Shown: piece by piece, positions 8,435 through 19,017 of the stretch
Layout: each line of letters opens with the position of its first letter
How positions within the stretch are numbered: the first letter of the stretch is position 1
Source: a bacterium
GTDB taxonomy: Bacteria > Bdellovibrionota_C > UBA2361 > CALJRW01
Length of the DNA stretch: 49,880 nt
NCBI GenBank assembly: GCA_031385045.1
Contig: JANNBC010000061.1
Span: 1 to 49,880 of the forward strand
Direction of reading: 5' to 3'
Program-made: the position numbers and the translations under genes
Notes under the pieces: generated by a model
What the model was told of the DNA's origin: nothing
What the model saw: the letters and a program-made list of their open reading frames with translations, nothing else
The model's database searches: none

Positions 8435-9834
8435 AAGTTGAGTCAGTTTACCTAAAAATTTTAATTGTTTTTGTCTTTGCTTTTACAAGTTGCGCCAGTG
8501 TGAAAAGAGGCACTGGTTTTGATGATCTTAGTAAAGATGTAAAGGTTCGAAGTGGACAAAAGATTTACTGGAAACAGGGCACTTCAGAAGATAAACTTGT
8601 TGATTTAGAAATTAAAAAGATATTAGCAAACAATATATCTGTAAATGAAGCAGTTCAGTTAGCACTTCTTAATAATCGAAATTTACAAGCAACTTATGAA
8701 AATTTAAATATTGCCCAAGCTGATTTGGTTCAAGCGGGACTCCTTAGTAATCCAGCTTTTGATGCTGAATTTAGATTCAAAAGTGGTGGTGGTTTCGGAT
8801 TTGATGGCGCAATTCTCCAAAACCTTATTGAGGTTCTTTTTATACCGCTTAGAAAAAAAGTTGCTAAAGCCGAGTTTGAAGCCACAAAAGTCCGTGTTAT
8901 TGGTGAGATTATCAATCTTACTTTCGAAGTTAAAAAAACATTCTATGCATATCAAAAATCTGAACAGACTTTGGCTCTATTAAAAAATGTCATTGAGGCG
9001 ACAAAATCGTCATATTTAATATCTAAAAAAATACGTGAGGCAGGAAATATTACAGAACTTGAGTTAGCTGAAGAAAGGGCATTATATGAAGAGTCAAAAA
9101 TTAGATTGCGTCAAGCTGAGATTGATGTTTTTAAAAGTCGTGAAGATTTAAATACTTTGTTGGGACTTTGGGGTATAGATACAAATTGGAAAGCGGTTAC
9201 AAGATTATCTGATATAATTGAGCAGGAAATTGAGTTTAGCGGGCTAGAAAGACAGGCACTTCTTAGTAGTCTAGAGTTAAGTGAAGCTAGATGGGAATTA
9301 GAGAAGACTCTAGGTTCGCTTAATATGACAATTCCGTTTGGAGTTTTCCCTAATTTAGCATTAGGTGCTACCGCAGAGCGTGAAACTGACAGCGGAGTGT
9401 GGAACTTTGGGCCAGTAATTTCCGTTCCAATTCCTATTTTTAATCAAGGGCAACCAATGATTGCATCTACAGAGGCAATCATTAGAAGTTCTTATGAACG
9501 GTACGCAGGAACAGCCGTAGAGATCCGTTCTCAAGTAAGAAGAGCATATGCCACTCTTATGTCGGCAAAAGACCAAGTCATATATTTGAACAAAATTATT
9601 TTGCCACTTAAGAGTAAAATAGTTCATGAGTCTCAGTTGCAATACAACGCAATGCAAATTGGCGCAGTACAACTTTTGCAAGCAAAAAAAGATGAAATTG
9701 AAATGGAAATTTCTGCCATTCAGGTATTAGAAAACTATTGGCTAGCTCAAACAGTTTTGGAACAAATTCTGGCAGGTAAAATGGTTGTTAGTGAAGTAAT
9801 GCCAGTTTCTATGGACTCTATAAAAATTCAGTAA
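8431..9834 (+). CDS. TolC-family outer membrane protein (copper-resistance associated)
   Basis: Lipobox FTSC; AVQLALLNN..LQA, AGLLSNP and VPIPIFNQGQ motifs. Confidence 0.9.
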   Translation: MKVESVYLKILIVFVFAFTSCASVKRGTGFDDLSKDVKVRSGQKIYWKQGTSEDKLVDLEIKKILANNISVNEAVQLALLNNRNLQATYENLNIAQADLVQAGLLSNPAFDAEFRFKSGGGFGFDGAILQNLIEVLFIPLRKKVAKAEFEATKVRVIGEIINLTFEVKKTFYAYQKSEQTLALLKNVIEATKSSYLISKKIREAGNITELELAEERALYEESKIRLRQAEIDVFKSREDLNTLLGLWGIDTNWKAVTRLSDIIEQEIEFSGLERQALLSSLELSEARWELEKTLGSLNMTIPFGVFPNLALGATAERETDSGVWNFGPVISVPIPIFNQGQPMIASTEAIIRSSYERYAGTAVEIRSQVRRAYATLMSAKDQVIYLNKIILPLKSKIVHESQLQYNAMQIGAVQLLQAKKDEIEMEISAIQVLENYWLAQTVLEQILAGKMVVSEVMPVSMDSIKIQ

Positions 9835-9852
9835 ATAATCATTAGGAGTAAA

Positions 9853-11280
9853 ATGGTAGCTAATAAAAAAAATGATAATCATCAAATAAATTTAATTGAT
9901 CAACCAATTTCTAGGCGAGAAGCATTAAGAGGGGGTGTGGTCGCTCTAGCTAGCACAATGATGCTTCTGAAATATGAATTAAATGAAGCGGAAGCCTCTG
10001 TTAATGAAGAATTCTCATCAAATTCTAAGTGGCAAGTTAAAAAGTTATTACCTGGAGAACCTGAAAAAGATTATCGACCAGTAGTGATACCTAATGGCTG
10101 GGCACTTCCATTTAAGATTATTGATGGAGTCAAAGTTTTTCATATGGTTGCTGAGGAAGTGTATCATGAGTTTGCTCCTGGTCTCAAGGCACATTGCTGG
10201 GGGTATAATGGGTCAGTGCATGGACCTGTAATTGAAGCCGTCGAAGGAGATCGGGTTAGAATATTTGTAACAAATAAACTAAATGCTCCAACTACAGTTC
10301 ATTGGCACGGAATTATTTTGCCTAGTGGAATGGATGGAGTAGGTGGTCTGAGTCAGAAAGCAATTCTTACTGGAGAAACCTACATGTATGAGTTTGATCT
10401 GAAACAGAATGGTACTTTCATGTATCATTCACATCATGATGAAATGACCCAGATGGGCATGGGAATGGTTGGAATGATCGTAATTCATCCACGTCTTCCA
10501 AAAGAAGAATGGGTAGATCGAGATTTTGCGATTATGTTACATGAATGGGCAATTGAAGTTGGAACTGAACGCCCAAATCCAAACGTTATGAATGACTTTA
10601 ATGTTCTGACTATGAATGCGAAGGCATTTCCTGGTATAGATCCGCTTATCGCCAAAATTGGTGATAAAATTAAAATTCGTATTGGTAATCTTTCAGCAAT
10701 GGATCATCATCCGATTCATTTACATGGGTACTATTTTAAAATTACTGAAACTGATGGTGGTAAGATTCCTGAAGCAGGGCAGTGGCCAGAAACAACAGTC
10801 CTGGTTCCAACAGGCGCAACTAGAACTATAGAGTTTATTGCTGATAATCCTGGGGATTGGGCAATGCATTGTCACATGACACATCATGTGATGAATCAAA
10901 TGGGACACAAGTTCCCTAATATGATTGGAGTAGACCCTGAAGGAGTTGATTCAAAAGTTCGTAATTTACTTCCAAGCTATATGACTATGGGGCAGGATGG
11001 TATGGGTGACATGGGTGAAATGGGCATGGAAATTCCCAAGAATAGTATTCCGATGGTTGGTCAGCGAGCTAAATATGACTACATAACGATGGGTGGAATG
11101 TTTACAATTTTAAAAGTTAGAAATGAATTAAAAGACTATAATGATCCTGGGTGGTACGATGTTCCAAAAGGGACATTGGCTGAATTAGCATCCGCACAAT
11201 TATTAAAAGATAATAATATTAGTAATGATGGGAGCAGTGCACCTGTAAAACCTAAGAAAAAAGATTTGGGTAAAAAGTGA
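9853..11280 (+). CDS. Tat-exported multicopper oxidase
   Basis: SRREAL Tat motif; HWHG, YHSH, HPIHLHG and HCHMTHH Cu motifs; Met-rich region. Confidence 0.93.
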   Translation: MVANKKNDNHQINLIDQPISRREALRGGVVALASTMMLLKYELNEAEASVNEEFSSNSKWQVKKLLPGEPEKDYRPVVIPNGWALPFKIIDGVKVFHMVAEEVYHEFAPGLKAHCWGYNGSVHGPVIEAVEGDRVRIFVTNKLNAPTTVHWHGIILPSGMDGVGGLSQKAILTGETYMYEFDLKQNGTFMYHSHHDEMTQMGMGMVGMIVIHPRLPKEEWVDRDFAIMLHEWAIEVGTERPNPNVMNDFNVLTMNAKAFPGIDPLIAKIGDKIKIRIGNLSAMDHHPIHLHGYYFKITETDGGKIPEAGQWPETTVLVPTGATRTIEFIADNPGDWAMHCHMTHHVMNQMGHKFPNMIGVDPEGVDSKVRNLLPSYMTMGQDGMGDMGEMGMEIPKNSIPMVGQRAKYDYITMGGMFTILKVRNELKDYNDPGWYDVPKGTLAELASAQLLKDNNISNDGSSAPVKPKKKDLGKK

Positions 11281-11299
11281 TACATTTTTCCCAACAAAA

Positions 11300-11355
11300 A
11301 AGCCTAGAGTTAGACCCACAGCCTTAATTTAATGGCTGTGGGGTAACTCTAGCTT
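11300..11355 (+). terminator. Long hairpin after the Cu operon (likely terminator)
   Basis: CTAGAGTTAGACCCACAGCC / GGCTGTGGGGTAACTCTAG imperfect inverted repeat. Confidence 0.6.
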
Positions 11356-11454
11356 TAAAATTATTTATACTAAGATCTATGAAAAATTAGTTAGGCGGAA
11401 GTTATAAAAATTATCGTAGTACTAATTAGTAACTTAATAAATTTTTACTGCCTA

Positions 11455-12279
11455 CTAAAATTTCTCTGAACAAGTCGTACCACCTTCCTGAAAACATTCG
11501 AGCGTAAAGGTTAACTGACCAGTGCAATTAATTGAGCAGGAGTAACCAGTTTCACCCATAATTTGTAACTCCATATTATCAGCTGTGGCTACTGAAGAAT
11601 CAGTAGTATTAATAGTAAAACTTGAAGCACCATTAGCTCCTAGCGGATTTAACAGAATATTATTGCCATTAGTAGAAGTCGTAACTTGACCAATGCTGCA
11701 ACCAGAATCTCCAGTATATTGTCTTTCAGCAAGGGTGCTACAGCTTGTGGGCGTAGACGCATCATTATCATCTTGGGGGGGTATAATAGCTACGTTGCTT
11801 CTACTTGCAGTCCCTATTGACACTACTTGGCAACGAGTTCCATCACTACAATCCTTGCTAATAGTTAATGTTACGTTTGCTGTTGTATCTGAATCTCCGT
11901 CTATATGAACATAAGCTATTTGCTGAGACTCATCACAGGTAACATTACTACTAACAGTATTATCTTGTTTAGTTACTGCATCCACTGAGAAACCATCATC
12001 ACCAACTATATTTCCCAAAAATGATGTTCCATTGCCATCATTCAAATCTACGGCATCTTCATTTTGATTAACCGTGTGTGTAAAACTTCCTGAAGTTGCT
12101 ACGATTCTTGGAACAACGGCAGAACGAGTGCCACAGGAATCACTTTGCTGCGTTAAAGATCCTCTCCATACGCTTCTTACATTTCTAGCATCTTCACTAT
12201 CTCCTCCACCGCCACATGCCGAGGACATTATTAAAAGTAAGGGAAAGAGTAGTGAACTAGATTTATAAATATTTAACAT
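11455..12279 (-). CDS. Cys-rich hypothetical lipoprotein
   Basis: MSSACGGGG lipobox; about 10 Cys; Thr/Ser/Asp-rich. Confidence 0.7.
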   Translation of the reverse strand: MLNIYKSSSLLFPLLLIMSSACGGGGDSEDARNVRSVWRGSLTQQSDSCGTRSAVVPRIVATSGSFTHTVNQNEDAVDLNDGNGTSFLGNIVGDDGFSVDAVTKQDNTVSSNVTCDESQQIAYVHIDGDSDTTANVTLTISKDCSDGTRCQVVSIGTASRSNVAIIPPQDDNDASTPTSCSTLAERQYTGDSGCSIGQVTTSTNGNNILLNPLGANGASSFTINTTDSSVATADNMELQIMGETGYSCSINCTGQLTFTLECFQEGGTTCSEKF

Positions 12280-12797
12280 GAGCTGTCTTCAAAAAGTAAA
12301 TGTAAAGTTTGTAACGATGAATTTAATTTTTACAACTAAACTTGATCTCCTTATATGATCTACAGCATATCTTCAGTAAGAAAGTAAGCAGACAGGCTTA
12401 AGACGAAATTTAACCCTGCTAAGGGCTAATAAACAGTTAAACAACGTTATAAGCTTGGTTTGTAATAAGAGAGATCCAACTTTAATCTCTCTGATATATT
12501 CAGATTGCGTACGATTGTGGCCTTAAATTCTGGATCAAGGTTATTAGTAATCCAAATATGATTTGTATTTAAGAGCTTTTCACTCCACAAAATATAAACA
12601 AAATAAGTTCTAAAAATTGAAAACTTAATATTGTAGTTATTTATGGAACGCTAATTTAGCTAAAATTTTACTGTGAATTTTAGTATTTTGAAAATTTAAC
12701 GTAACAATAATGCTACGCGCGAATAGACATGGCAATAAAATTGCCTGCAAAGATTCTTCATAGTAAGATTTTGTATAATTTTACTCTAAGGAACTCT

Positions 12798-13808
12798 ATG
12801 AGAGTCGCTGTTTTTAGTACAAAAGTTTATGATCGTCGTAGCCTAGAAGATATCAATAAGAATTTTCAACATGAGTTGCGTTATTTCGATGCACATCTAA
12901 ATGCTGATACTGTTGCATTGGCTAAAGGTTATCCTGCTGTCTGTGTCTTTGTGAATGATGTCTTAGATCAAGTGGTCTTAGAAAAATTAAGTGAAGGAGG
13001 GACTAGAGTTATTGCACTTCGTTGTGCTGGTTTTAATAATGTAGATTTGGCTACTGCAACAAGACTTGGATTAGAAGTTGTTCGTGTGCCGGCGTATTCA
13101 CCTTATGCCGTAGCTGAGCATGCCATGGCTTTAATTTTGGCATTAAATCGCCAGATTCATCGGGCGCATAATCGAGTTCGTGAAAATAATTTTTCTCTAG
13201 AAGGTTTATTAGGGTTTGACTTGAATGGATCTGTGGTTGGAGTAGTTGGAACTGGAAAGATCGGCACTATTTTTGCTAAGATTATTCAAGGTTTTGGTTG
13301 TCAAGTCCTCGCTTATGATTGTTATCAAAATCAAACATGCCTAGATCTTGGTATTGAATACACTAGCCTAGATCACTTGTTTGAAAAGTCTGATATCATT
13401 AGCTTACATTGTCCATTAACTCCCGAAACTTATCACCTGATTGGTGAGGTCGCGATTGCTAAAATGAAAAAAGGTGTCATGATCATTAATACTAGCAGAG
13501 GTGCACTAGTTGATGCCCAAGCACTGATTGAAGGTTTAAAATCAGAACAAATTGGCTTTCTTGGTTTGGATGTTTATGAAGAGGAGGGCGATTTGTTTTT
13601 TGAAGATCTTTCTGGGAAAGTTTTACAAGATGATGTGTTTGCAAGACTAATGACTTTCCCAAATGTTTTAGTAACTGGTCACCAAGCTTTTTTTACAAAA
13701 AATGCCCTAGAAAATATTGCCACTACAACTCTTGAAAATATTAAAAATATTGAAGACGGGCTAGTTTGTTTAAATCGCGTAAACGTTACCAGTCTTAATA
13801 GAAATTAA
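12798..13808 (+). CDS. ldhA: D-lactate / D-2-hydroxyacid dehydrogenase
   Basis: MRVAVFST, ALRCAGFNNVD, VPAYSPYAVAEH, GTGKIG and TGHQAF. Start moved to ATG 12798 after an AAGGA RBS. Confidence 0.92.
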   Translation: MRVAVFSTKVYDRRSLEDINKNFQHELRYFDAHLNADTVALAKGYPAVCVFVNDVLDQVVLEKLSEGGTRVIALRCAGFNNVDLATATRLGLEVVRVPAYSPYAVAEHAMALILALNRQIHRAHNRVRENNFSLEGLLGFDLNGSVVGVVGTGKIGTIFAKIIQGFGCQVLAYDCYQNQTCLDLGIEYTSLDHLFEKSDIISLHCPLTPETYHLIGEVAIAKMKKGVMIINTSRGALVDAQALIEGLKSEQIGFLGLDVYEEEGDLFFEDLSGKVLQDDVFARLMTFPNVLVTGHQAFFTKNALENIATTTLENIKNIEDGLVCLNRVNVTSLNRN

Positions 13809-14422
13809 TACTTTTTTGGAGATCAACATCATAGTATCGGATTTGCAACCAAACTTGCCGTGCCATTAAGTAAAGATTTGAATTTAAGATTTGAAGTAGC
13901 GCGAGAAAAAGATTATCACATTAACTATAATTTATATTTGATTAATTTATTTTTTTATTTTTAAAAAATGTTTAGGTTGTTGATATTTATATTTTCCAAC
14001 TAGTCTTAAAGGAGGATCTTTGCAATTTGGAAACTGATACTTTATTAAAAGCCGAACATTCCGTGAATTGAAAATTTTGAAAATATTAAACCCCCAACAG
14101 GATAATTAGTGCTATTAAGATAAAAAGTTTATTGGATTAGTCCTCAAATAGAAAAACCCTTTTTGATGCTTATATAATAATTCATTAACTCAAACTTGAA
14201 ACTTAGAGCAAATCTTGTGGATTGCTTAGATATTTAGTCTGAGTAATCAGGCTAAATACTGAGAAAAACAAATCTCAGAAGACGGAATAACTAAAAATGT
14301 AAATGTTGATAATTGAATTCTTTAATGCCATTATTCCTTAATAAAGATGAAAAAGGGAAGATTTTTTGACTAAAAACCTTATGTTTTAAAGTAATTTGAA
14401 CGATATGAGTCTATAATTGTAT

Positions 14423-14934
14423 ATGAATCAAACTAAAATAATTAGTATTATGCATGGCTTTACCCTAGTAGAACTTTTAGTTGTTGTAGCAATACTTGGT
14501 ATTTTAGCTTCAATATCTTTTGCTAATTATGATCAATATAAACGTAGGGCTAATAATACAGTGGCTCTTATGCAGCTTAATCAGGCTTAATAAATCCAAT
14601 TTTAGAAGCTACATCAGTAGGGATCTCCCCTAATGGAACAATTTCTATAAGCCCATCTGGAGTAAGTATAGATCGGGTACTACCAGGATTTATGCATACT
14701 AGAGGAACCGAAGTTGGTGTTAGTTATTATTTTGGAAGTTTTCCTGTTTTGCAAAATGTCTATGTATCTTCAGCTCATTGCAAAGGAATGCCTTCCACGG
14801 CAGATGGTTATTCTGATAACGTTGGTGCTTATCGTTATGTTATTGCACAAAATGGCCCAGTATCTGATTACTTTGGGAAAGCAGAATTTACAGATTTTAC
14901 TATGATGCCTTTAGATGGCAGTAGCTGTCCTTAA
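14423..14934 (+). pseudogene. Frameshifted prepilin-type (type IV pilin-like) gene
   Basis: 14423-14590 encodes MNQTKIISIMHGFTLVELLVVVAILGILAS...LNQA*. Another frame, open 14581-14934, gives VLPGFMHTRG...SAHCKG, similar to the intact pilin at 39250. Confidence 0.8.
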
Positions 14935-15062
14935 TATTAATTATAGATTCATTGACATTTAGTTGGATCTTAGATCTTGTGCCATGCAACTTTATTTTTG
15001 CTAATAAGCAACTTTAACCTAAACCCTTCGATACAAATCTAAACTAATTTTAGGTTATATTC

Positions 15063-15185
15063 ATGCCCCGCCTGAGAAAGGTAATCCTTAACAACAAAGT
15101 TTACTTCATAACCTTTAGTGTAGAAGAGGGGATTATGTTCAATGTCATTAAGTTAATCCTTCCTTGTTCACAATCTAGACGTTGA
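15063..15185 (+). pseudogene. Second Y1-transposase-like N-terminal stub
   Basis: MPRLRKVILNNKVYFITFSVEEGIMF; 15063-15139 matches 464-540. Confidence 0.5.
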
Positions 15186-15324
15186 GCTGGGAGCCTAGAG
15201 ATCTATCTACCGTTCAAGATATTAGCTCCAAATTCATTGTGATCAATATTAATTTATTGCAAGTAAGAGTAGTGCATATTAGAATTTAGTTTAGCAATTG
15301 TGTTGGGTGGCTCTAGGTTCCAAA
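15154..15324 (+). repeat. Diverged copy of the ~170-bp ssrA upstream/promoter region
   Basis: Aligns with 5579-5750, including TTAGCA-N17-TAGGTT at 15291-15319. Confidence 0.9.
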
Positions 15325-16443
15325 ATGGATTCCTAAATGCATAGCTATTCTTTTCCAATACCAAAAATAGCTCTGATCCTTATTAGGATAGATTTGCTGT
15401 AGTATATAATTATTAGGATCCTTTTTAAGCTTCCAGTCTTTAAAGATTGGATGATCTTTTAAATAAATTTTTTGCTTTACTAGTTCCTCTTCACTTAAAT
15501 CTCCATAATAAACATTTAAATTTGGGATCCTAGAGATTAACTTAGTAATCAAAGTGACCCTTGTTGAACTAATTGGAAACTCATTAAAAAAATCTGAGTT
15601 TAACCATAAGACTTTTAAACCAGTTGAGTCAGACTGCCATTTAGAATCAAGTGTAAAGATGGAATAAATGAGCAATTCAGGAGCTTGAAGAAGTTGCTCT
15701 TTGCTTATTGAAGAAAGTTTCTTTAAAGATATCTGACATTCAGCAACTAAATCAGCATTAATAAATTGTTTCCTAGGAACGTTTAAGTTTAATTTTGCGA
15801 TTCTTGAGTAATCACAATCAATCACTGTTCCCGTCTGATTAGTTTTGGAATATTTGTTAATATTTTCTTGATTAAATAAATATGCTTTGCTGCTAAAACT
15901 TCCATTAACCCATTGCCAAGAAAGGAAATTACTAGCGGGGCAACCATCAAGTAAATGATAATACATCCACTTGGCAGAGTCTTGCCAACTTGATTGATAA
16001 ATATGTGTAGCTAAACTTGCAATCCATAAGCGTGAATGATTATGAATATATCCATTCGTCACTAGTTTCCGTATTTCCCCATCTATTAAATCAATTCCAG
16101 TTCCCTGTTCTAAAATTGGAACAGGGACACCAGGAAATAAATCTTTATTACTAGTTCTTAGCTCTTCCAGCAGATTATAATTTTGCCATATTTTTAAAAA
16201 GTACTCCCGCCAACCAAGTTGGAAAATAAATCCTGCTCGTTCTTTAGCTGAGTGTGAATCTAGGTTTTGGATAATCTCTGGTATCGTAATAACTCCATGA
16301 GTAATCAGTGGGGATAATTTAGTTACTGCTCCATCAAGGTAATTTCGTGTTTGCTGATAACTTGATAAGTTCAATTTATTAATAACACTAGGCAGTCCAT
16401 TATTATCTAAATCTGATAATAAAGTATTAATATGGCTAAGCAT
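15313..16443 (-). CDS. Photolyase/cryptochrome FAD-binding-domain protein
   Basis: TKLSPLITHG, QLGWREYF, GYIHNHSRLWIAS and LLDGCPASNFLSWQWV. Confidence 0.85.
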   Translation of the reverse strand: MLSHINTLLSDLDNNGLPSVINKLNLSSYQQTRNYLDGAVTKLSPLITHGVITIPEIIQNLDSHSAKERAGFIFQLGWREYFLKIWQNYNLLEELRTSNKDLFPGVPVPILEQGTGIDLIDGEIRKLVTNGYIHNHSRLWIASLATHIYQSSWQDSAKWMYYHLLDGCPASNFLSWQWVNGSFSSKAYLFNQENINKYSKTNQTGTVIDCDYSRIAKLNLNVPRKQFINADLVAECQISLKKLSSISKEQLLQAPELLIYSIFTLDSKWQSDSTGLKVLWLNSDFFNEFPISSTRVTLITKLISRIPNLNVYYGDLSEEELVKQKIYLKDHPIFKDWKLKKDPNNYILQQIYPNKDQSYFWYWKRIAMHLGIHFGT

Positions 16444-16798
16444 TCTTTTTTAATTTTAAACGGATTGGACCCTTAAATTCACTTGGATTAACAATCTTAT
16501 TATTTTGTAGGATTACTAACTGCCCTTCGTTGACTAGCAAGCGCGCTGCTTGTCTTACGAACTCTAAATGGTTTTTCCAATTCTCAGGAATTGCCTTCAT
16601 AGCAATTTCTGAGGGGCAGACAGATTTATTAAAATAACAATTGCTGAGGATCTCATTCTTCCAAAAATCAATCCTTGAAGGTTGAAATTTCCTTCGGCAG
16701 CTCTCTGAGCAATAACGAATGCTATTCCAGCAATTGCTCCATTTGGTACGAAATTCAAAGCTTCTTCCACAATTCTGACAGATTTTTGCTTGTCTCAA
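16436..16798 (-). CDS. DUF2256 + DUF3253 fusion protein
   Basis: KICQNCGRSFEFRTKW..CW..IRYCSESCRR followed by SVCPSEIA...VRQAARLL...KGPIRL. Confidence 0.8.
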   Translation of the reverse strand: MRQAKICQNCGRSFEFRTKWSNCWNSIRYCSESCRRKFQPSRIDFWKNEILSNCYFNKSVCPSEIAMKAIPENWKNHLEFVRQAARLLVNEGQLVILQNNKIVNPSEFKGPIRLKLKKNA

Positions 16799-16977
16799 TT
16801 TATTAGCTATTAAACAATCCTAATAAAAGACGTGATAAGCTTCCAATCTTTACTATGTAGTTCGGTAAAACCTAATGGGTTTTAGTATACTAGACTTTCT
16901 GCTGGTTGCTAGAGATCTAATTAAGTATGAGTCAGATCATACATATTGAGTAAAGTTTAGTTTAAGGTCTTTTAATT

Positions 16978-17553
16978 ATGACTGAACAAAGTGATATCCT
17001 ATTAAAGTATTTATGCGAACAAATCTCCATTGAAGAAGAATTGTATGATTTAATTCAAGATCAATTAGTAGAAGTAGAGGATACTGATTATGAGGATGCT
17101 AAAAAAATATTAAAGCAAACTAGTGAATTATTAGAAAAACATTTTACACCATTAAATAAATTATTAGATAAATTAGAAAACCCTCCCACGTCTCTGAAGG
17201 CAAAAAATAAAGAAAGAAGTTTCAAGTTGCTCACTAACTCAACTTCTAAATCTACATTACCTAGTGGCTATATAGCTGGTCTTTTGCGTGATGATTACGC
17301 TTCGCTTAATCACATCACGATGAGTAATACTTTACTGCATACAATTGCCCTCGCCCTAGATTCTCAGGATCTAGCCAATCTTTCTTTGGCTCACTTAGAG
17401 AATCTAGCTCCATTAGTAATTCAATTAGGTGAATTAGTTCCAACAATTGTAGCGCTTGAACTTTGTAAGGATTCCCCAGGCATTAATCCTGCTATCGCAC
17501 TGACTGCTCTAGAAAATGCTAAACGAGCTTGGCTAAAAATATCAAAAGAGTAA
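16978..17553 (+). CDS. Hypothetical helical (ferritin-like) protein
   Basis: 191-aa ORF; LRDDYASL....LHTIALAL four-helix pattern. Confidence 0.55.
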   Translation: MTEQSDILLKYLCEQISIEEELYDLIQDQLVEVEDTDYEDAKKILKQTSELLEKHFTPLNKLLDKLENPPTSLKAKNKERSFKLLTNSTSKSTLPSGYIAGLLRDDYASLNHITMSNTLLHTIALALDSQDLANLSLAHLENLAPLVIQLGELVPTIVALELCKDSPGINPAIALTALENAKRAWLKISKE

Positions 17554-17763
17554 GGTTAGTGTTTTTTGAGATTGAAAAGATAGAAAATCATAAAAAGCCA
17601 AGCATTCATTGTTATTTTTAATTTTACTTTAGAACCATTCTCACAGCCTTTGATTTAAGTATTTAGTTATTGATGGGAGAGGTAATTTCAATTAAAGTTA
17701 TATCAGGGTCCAATGTTGAGAGACTCTAGGTATTAAACTTTATTTGCTAAAGGAATTACTAGT

Positions 17764-18153
17764 ATGAAAAATAAGTTCACGTTGATTGCTCGAATTCTAC
17801 TTGGCTTTGTTTTTTTTGCTTCCGGTATCGCCGGACTTTTTAATCTTGTTCCCATGCCACCAGATTTGCCGGAGCGGATGGTAACATTTAATAATGGTTT
17901 GATGGCGACTGGCTACTTCCTGCCATTTCTTAAGATTACAGAAACTGTCTGCGGTGCTTTTCTACTAACTGGATATTTTATCCCTTTAGCACTGGTTATT
18001 CTCGCACCAATAGTTATCCACATTACACTTGTTCATGCCTTTCTGGCTCCTGGAGGTTTAGTCTTGGCTATCATCCTCGGGTTACTTTTGTATTACCTCT
18101 CATTTCATGCGAAGCCTTACTCTGTAGTGATTAGGGAGTTATTTAAAAAATAA
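17764..18153 (+). CDS. DoxX-family membrane protein
   Basis: ARILLGFVFFASG, four TM segments, LALVILAPI. Confidence 0.8.
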   Translation: MKNKFTLIARILLGFVFFASGIAGLFNLVPMPPDLPERMVTFNNGLMATGYFLPFLKITETVCGAFLLTGYFIPLALVILAPIVIHITLVHAFLAPGGLVLAIILGLLLYYLSFHAKPYSVVIRELFKK

Positions 18154-18348
18154 AGTTGGCTAGCTTGATCAGTTTGGAGTTTTGCAAGACGTAAGACTTA
18201 CAATCGTTGCTTAATACTTGCAATAAACAACTCTAGTTTTGGAGTAAAGTTTTTTACTTCAAAGCTAATAAAGGGAAGGGGAAGGTGCTCTTTAGAAACA
18301 GGGCGAAGTTCAATTAAGTCAGAAGTTCTCAGGCTCCCGTAAATTATA

Positions 18349-18777
18349 TCAATTCCATCCGTATATCTGATATCCTTTATCCGCCAAGCATTGTTCCACA
18401 AATCTCTGCCAGTTAGGATCTTCTTTGGCCGAGTTTTTCATTCCATTATAAATCCCATAGAGTGCTCCCGTTGCTGCGCCAACTCCCACTCCACGACCAG
18501 CGTTGCCAACAATCGCACCTCCCAGAGCTCCTGCGGCAGAACCTAAAATAGTACTTTCCGCGGCAGTTCCACCAACATCTTTCCATTTAGAACCTTTCGG
18601 TACGTAGTTGTTGGCTAACTCCTTACATTCTGAAACATCACTTTGGACTTTGCCTTGACTAGTTTGTTTGTAATATTCGTTTGGATAAAAATTAGGATTA
18701 GAATCTTTAGTTGAGCAAGAAGAAAGTGCAAGTAAGATGATAATTAGTAGAAGTGATTTAATCATAATAGTTAGCAA
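18349..18777 (-). CDS. Glycine-zipper lipoprotein
   Basis: LSSC lipobox; GSAAGALGGAIVGNAGRGVGVGAATG; CLADKGY. Confidence 0.75.
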   Translation of the reverse strand: MLTIMIKSLLLIIILLALSSCSTKDSNPNFYPNEYYKQTSQGKVQSDVSECKELANNYVPKGSKWKDVGGTAAESTILGSAAGALGGAIVGNAGRGVGVGAATGALYGIYNGMKNSAKEDPNWQRFVEQCLADKGYQIYGWN

Positions 18778-19017
18778 TTAAAAAATTATTACAATCTAGA
18801 CTATTACATGAGTAACTAACTCACAAGTTAAAGTAGGTAAGATTTAAATTTCTTGCTTAAAGTATTGCAGGATTGTTATTTCGATATTCATTCATATCTA
18901 TAAACACTTTAGACCTGAATGCAGTAAGGATTGTATGATCACAGTCATATAAAATTACCGGTTGTTATGATTAAGTGCAGATATGAATTTTATAAACATT
19001 TTATACATGGAGAAAAA

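Noticed and set aside
12290..12720. Possible gene remnant or ncRNA in a long intergenic region
   Set aside because: No sustained ORF, repeat or convincing structure found by eye.
13810..14420. Possible decayed gene in an AT-rich gap
   Set aside because: Only short frames with no recognisable motif.
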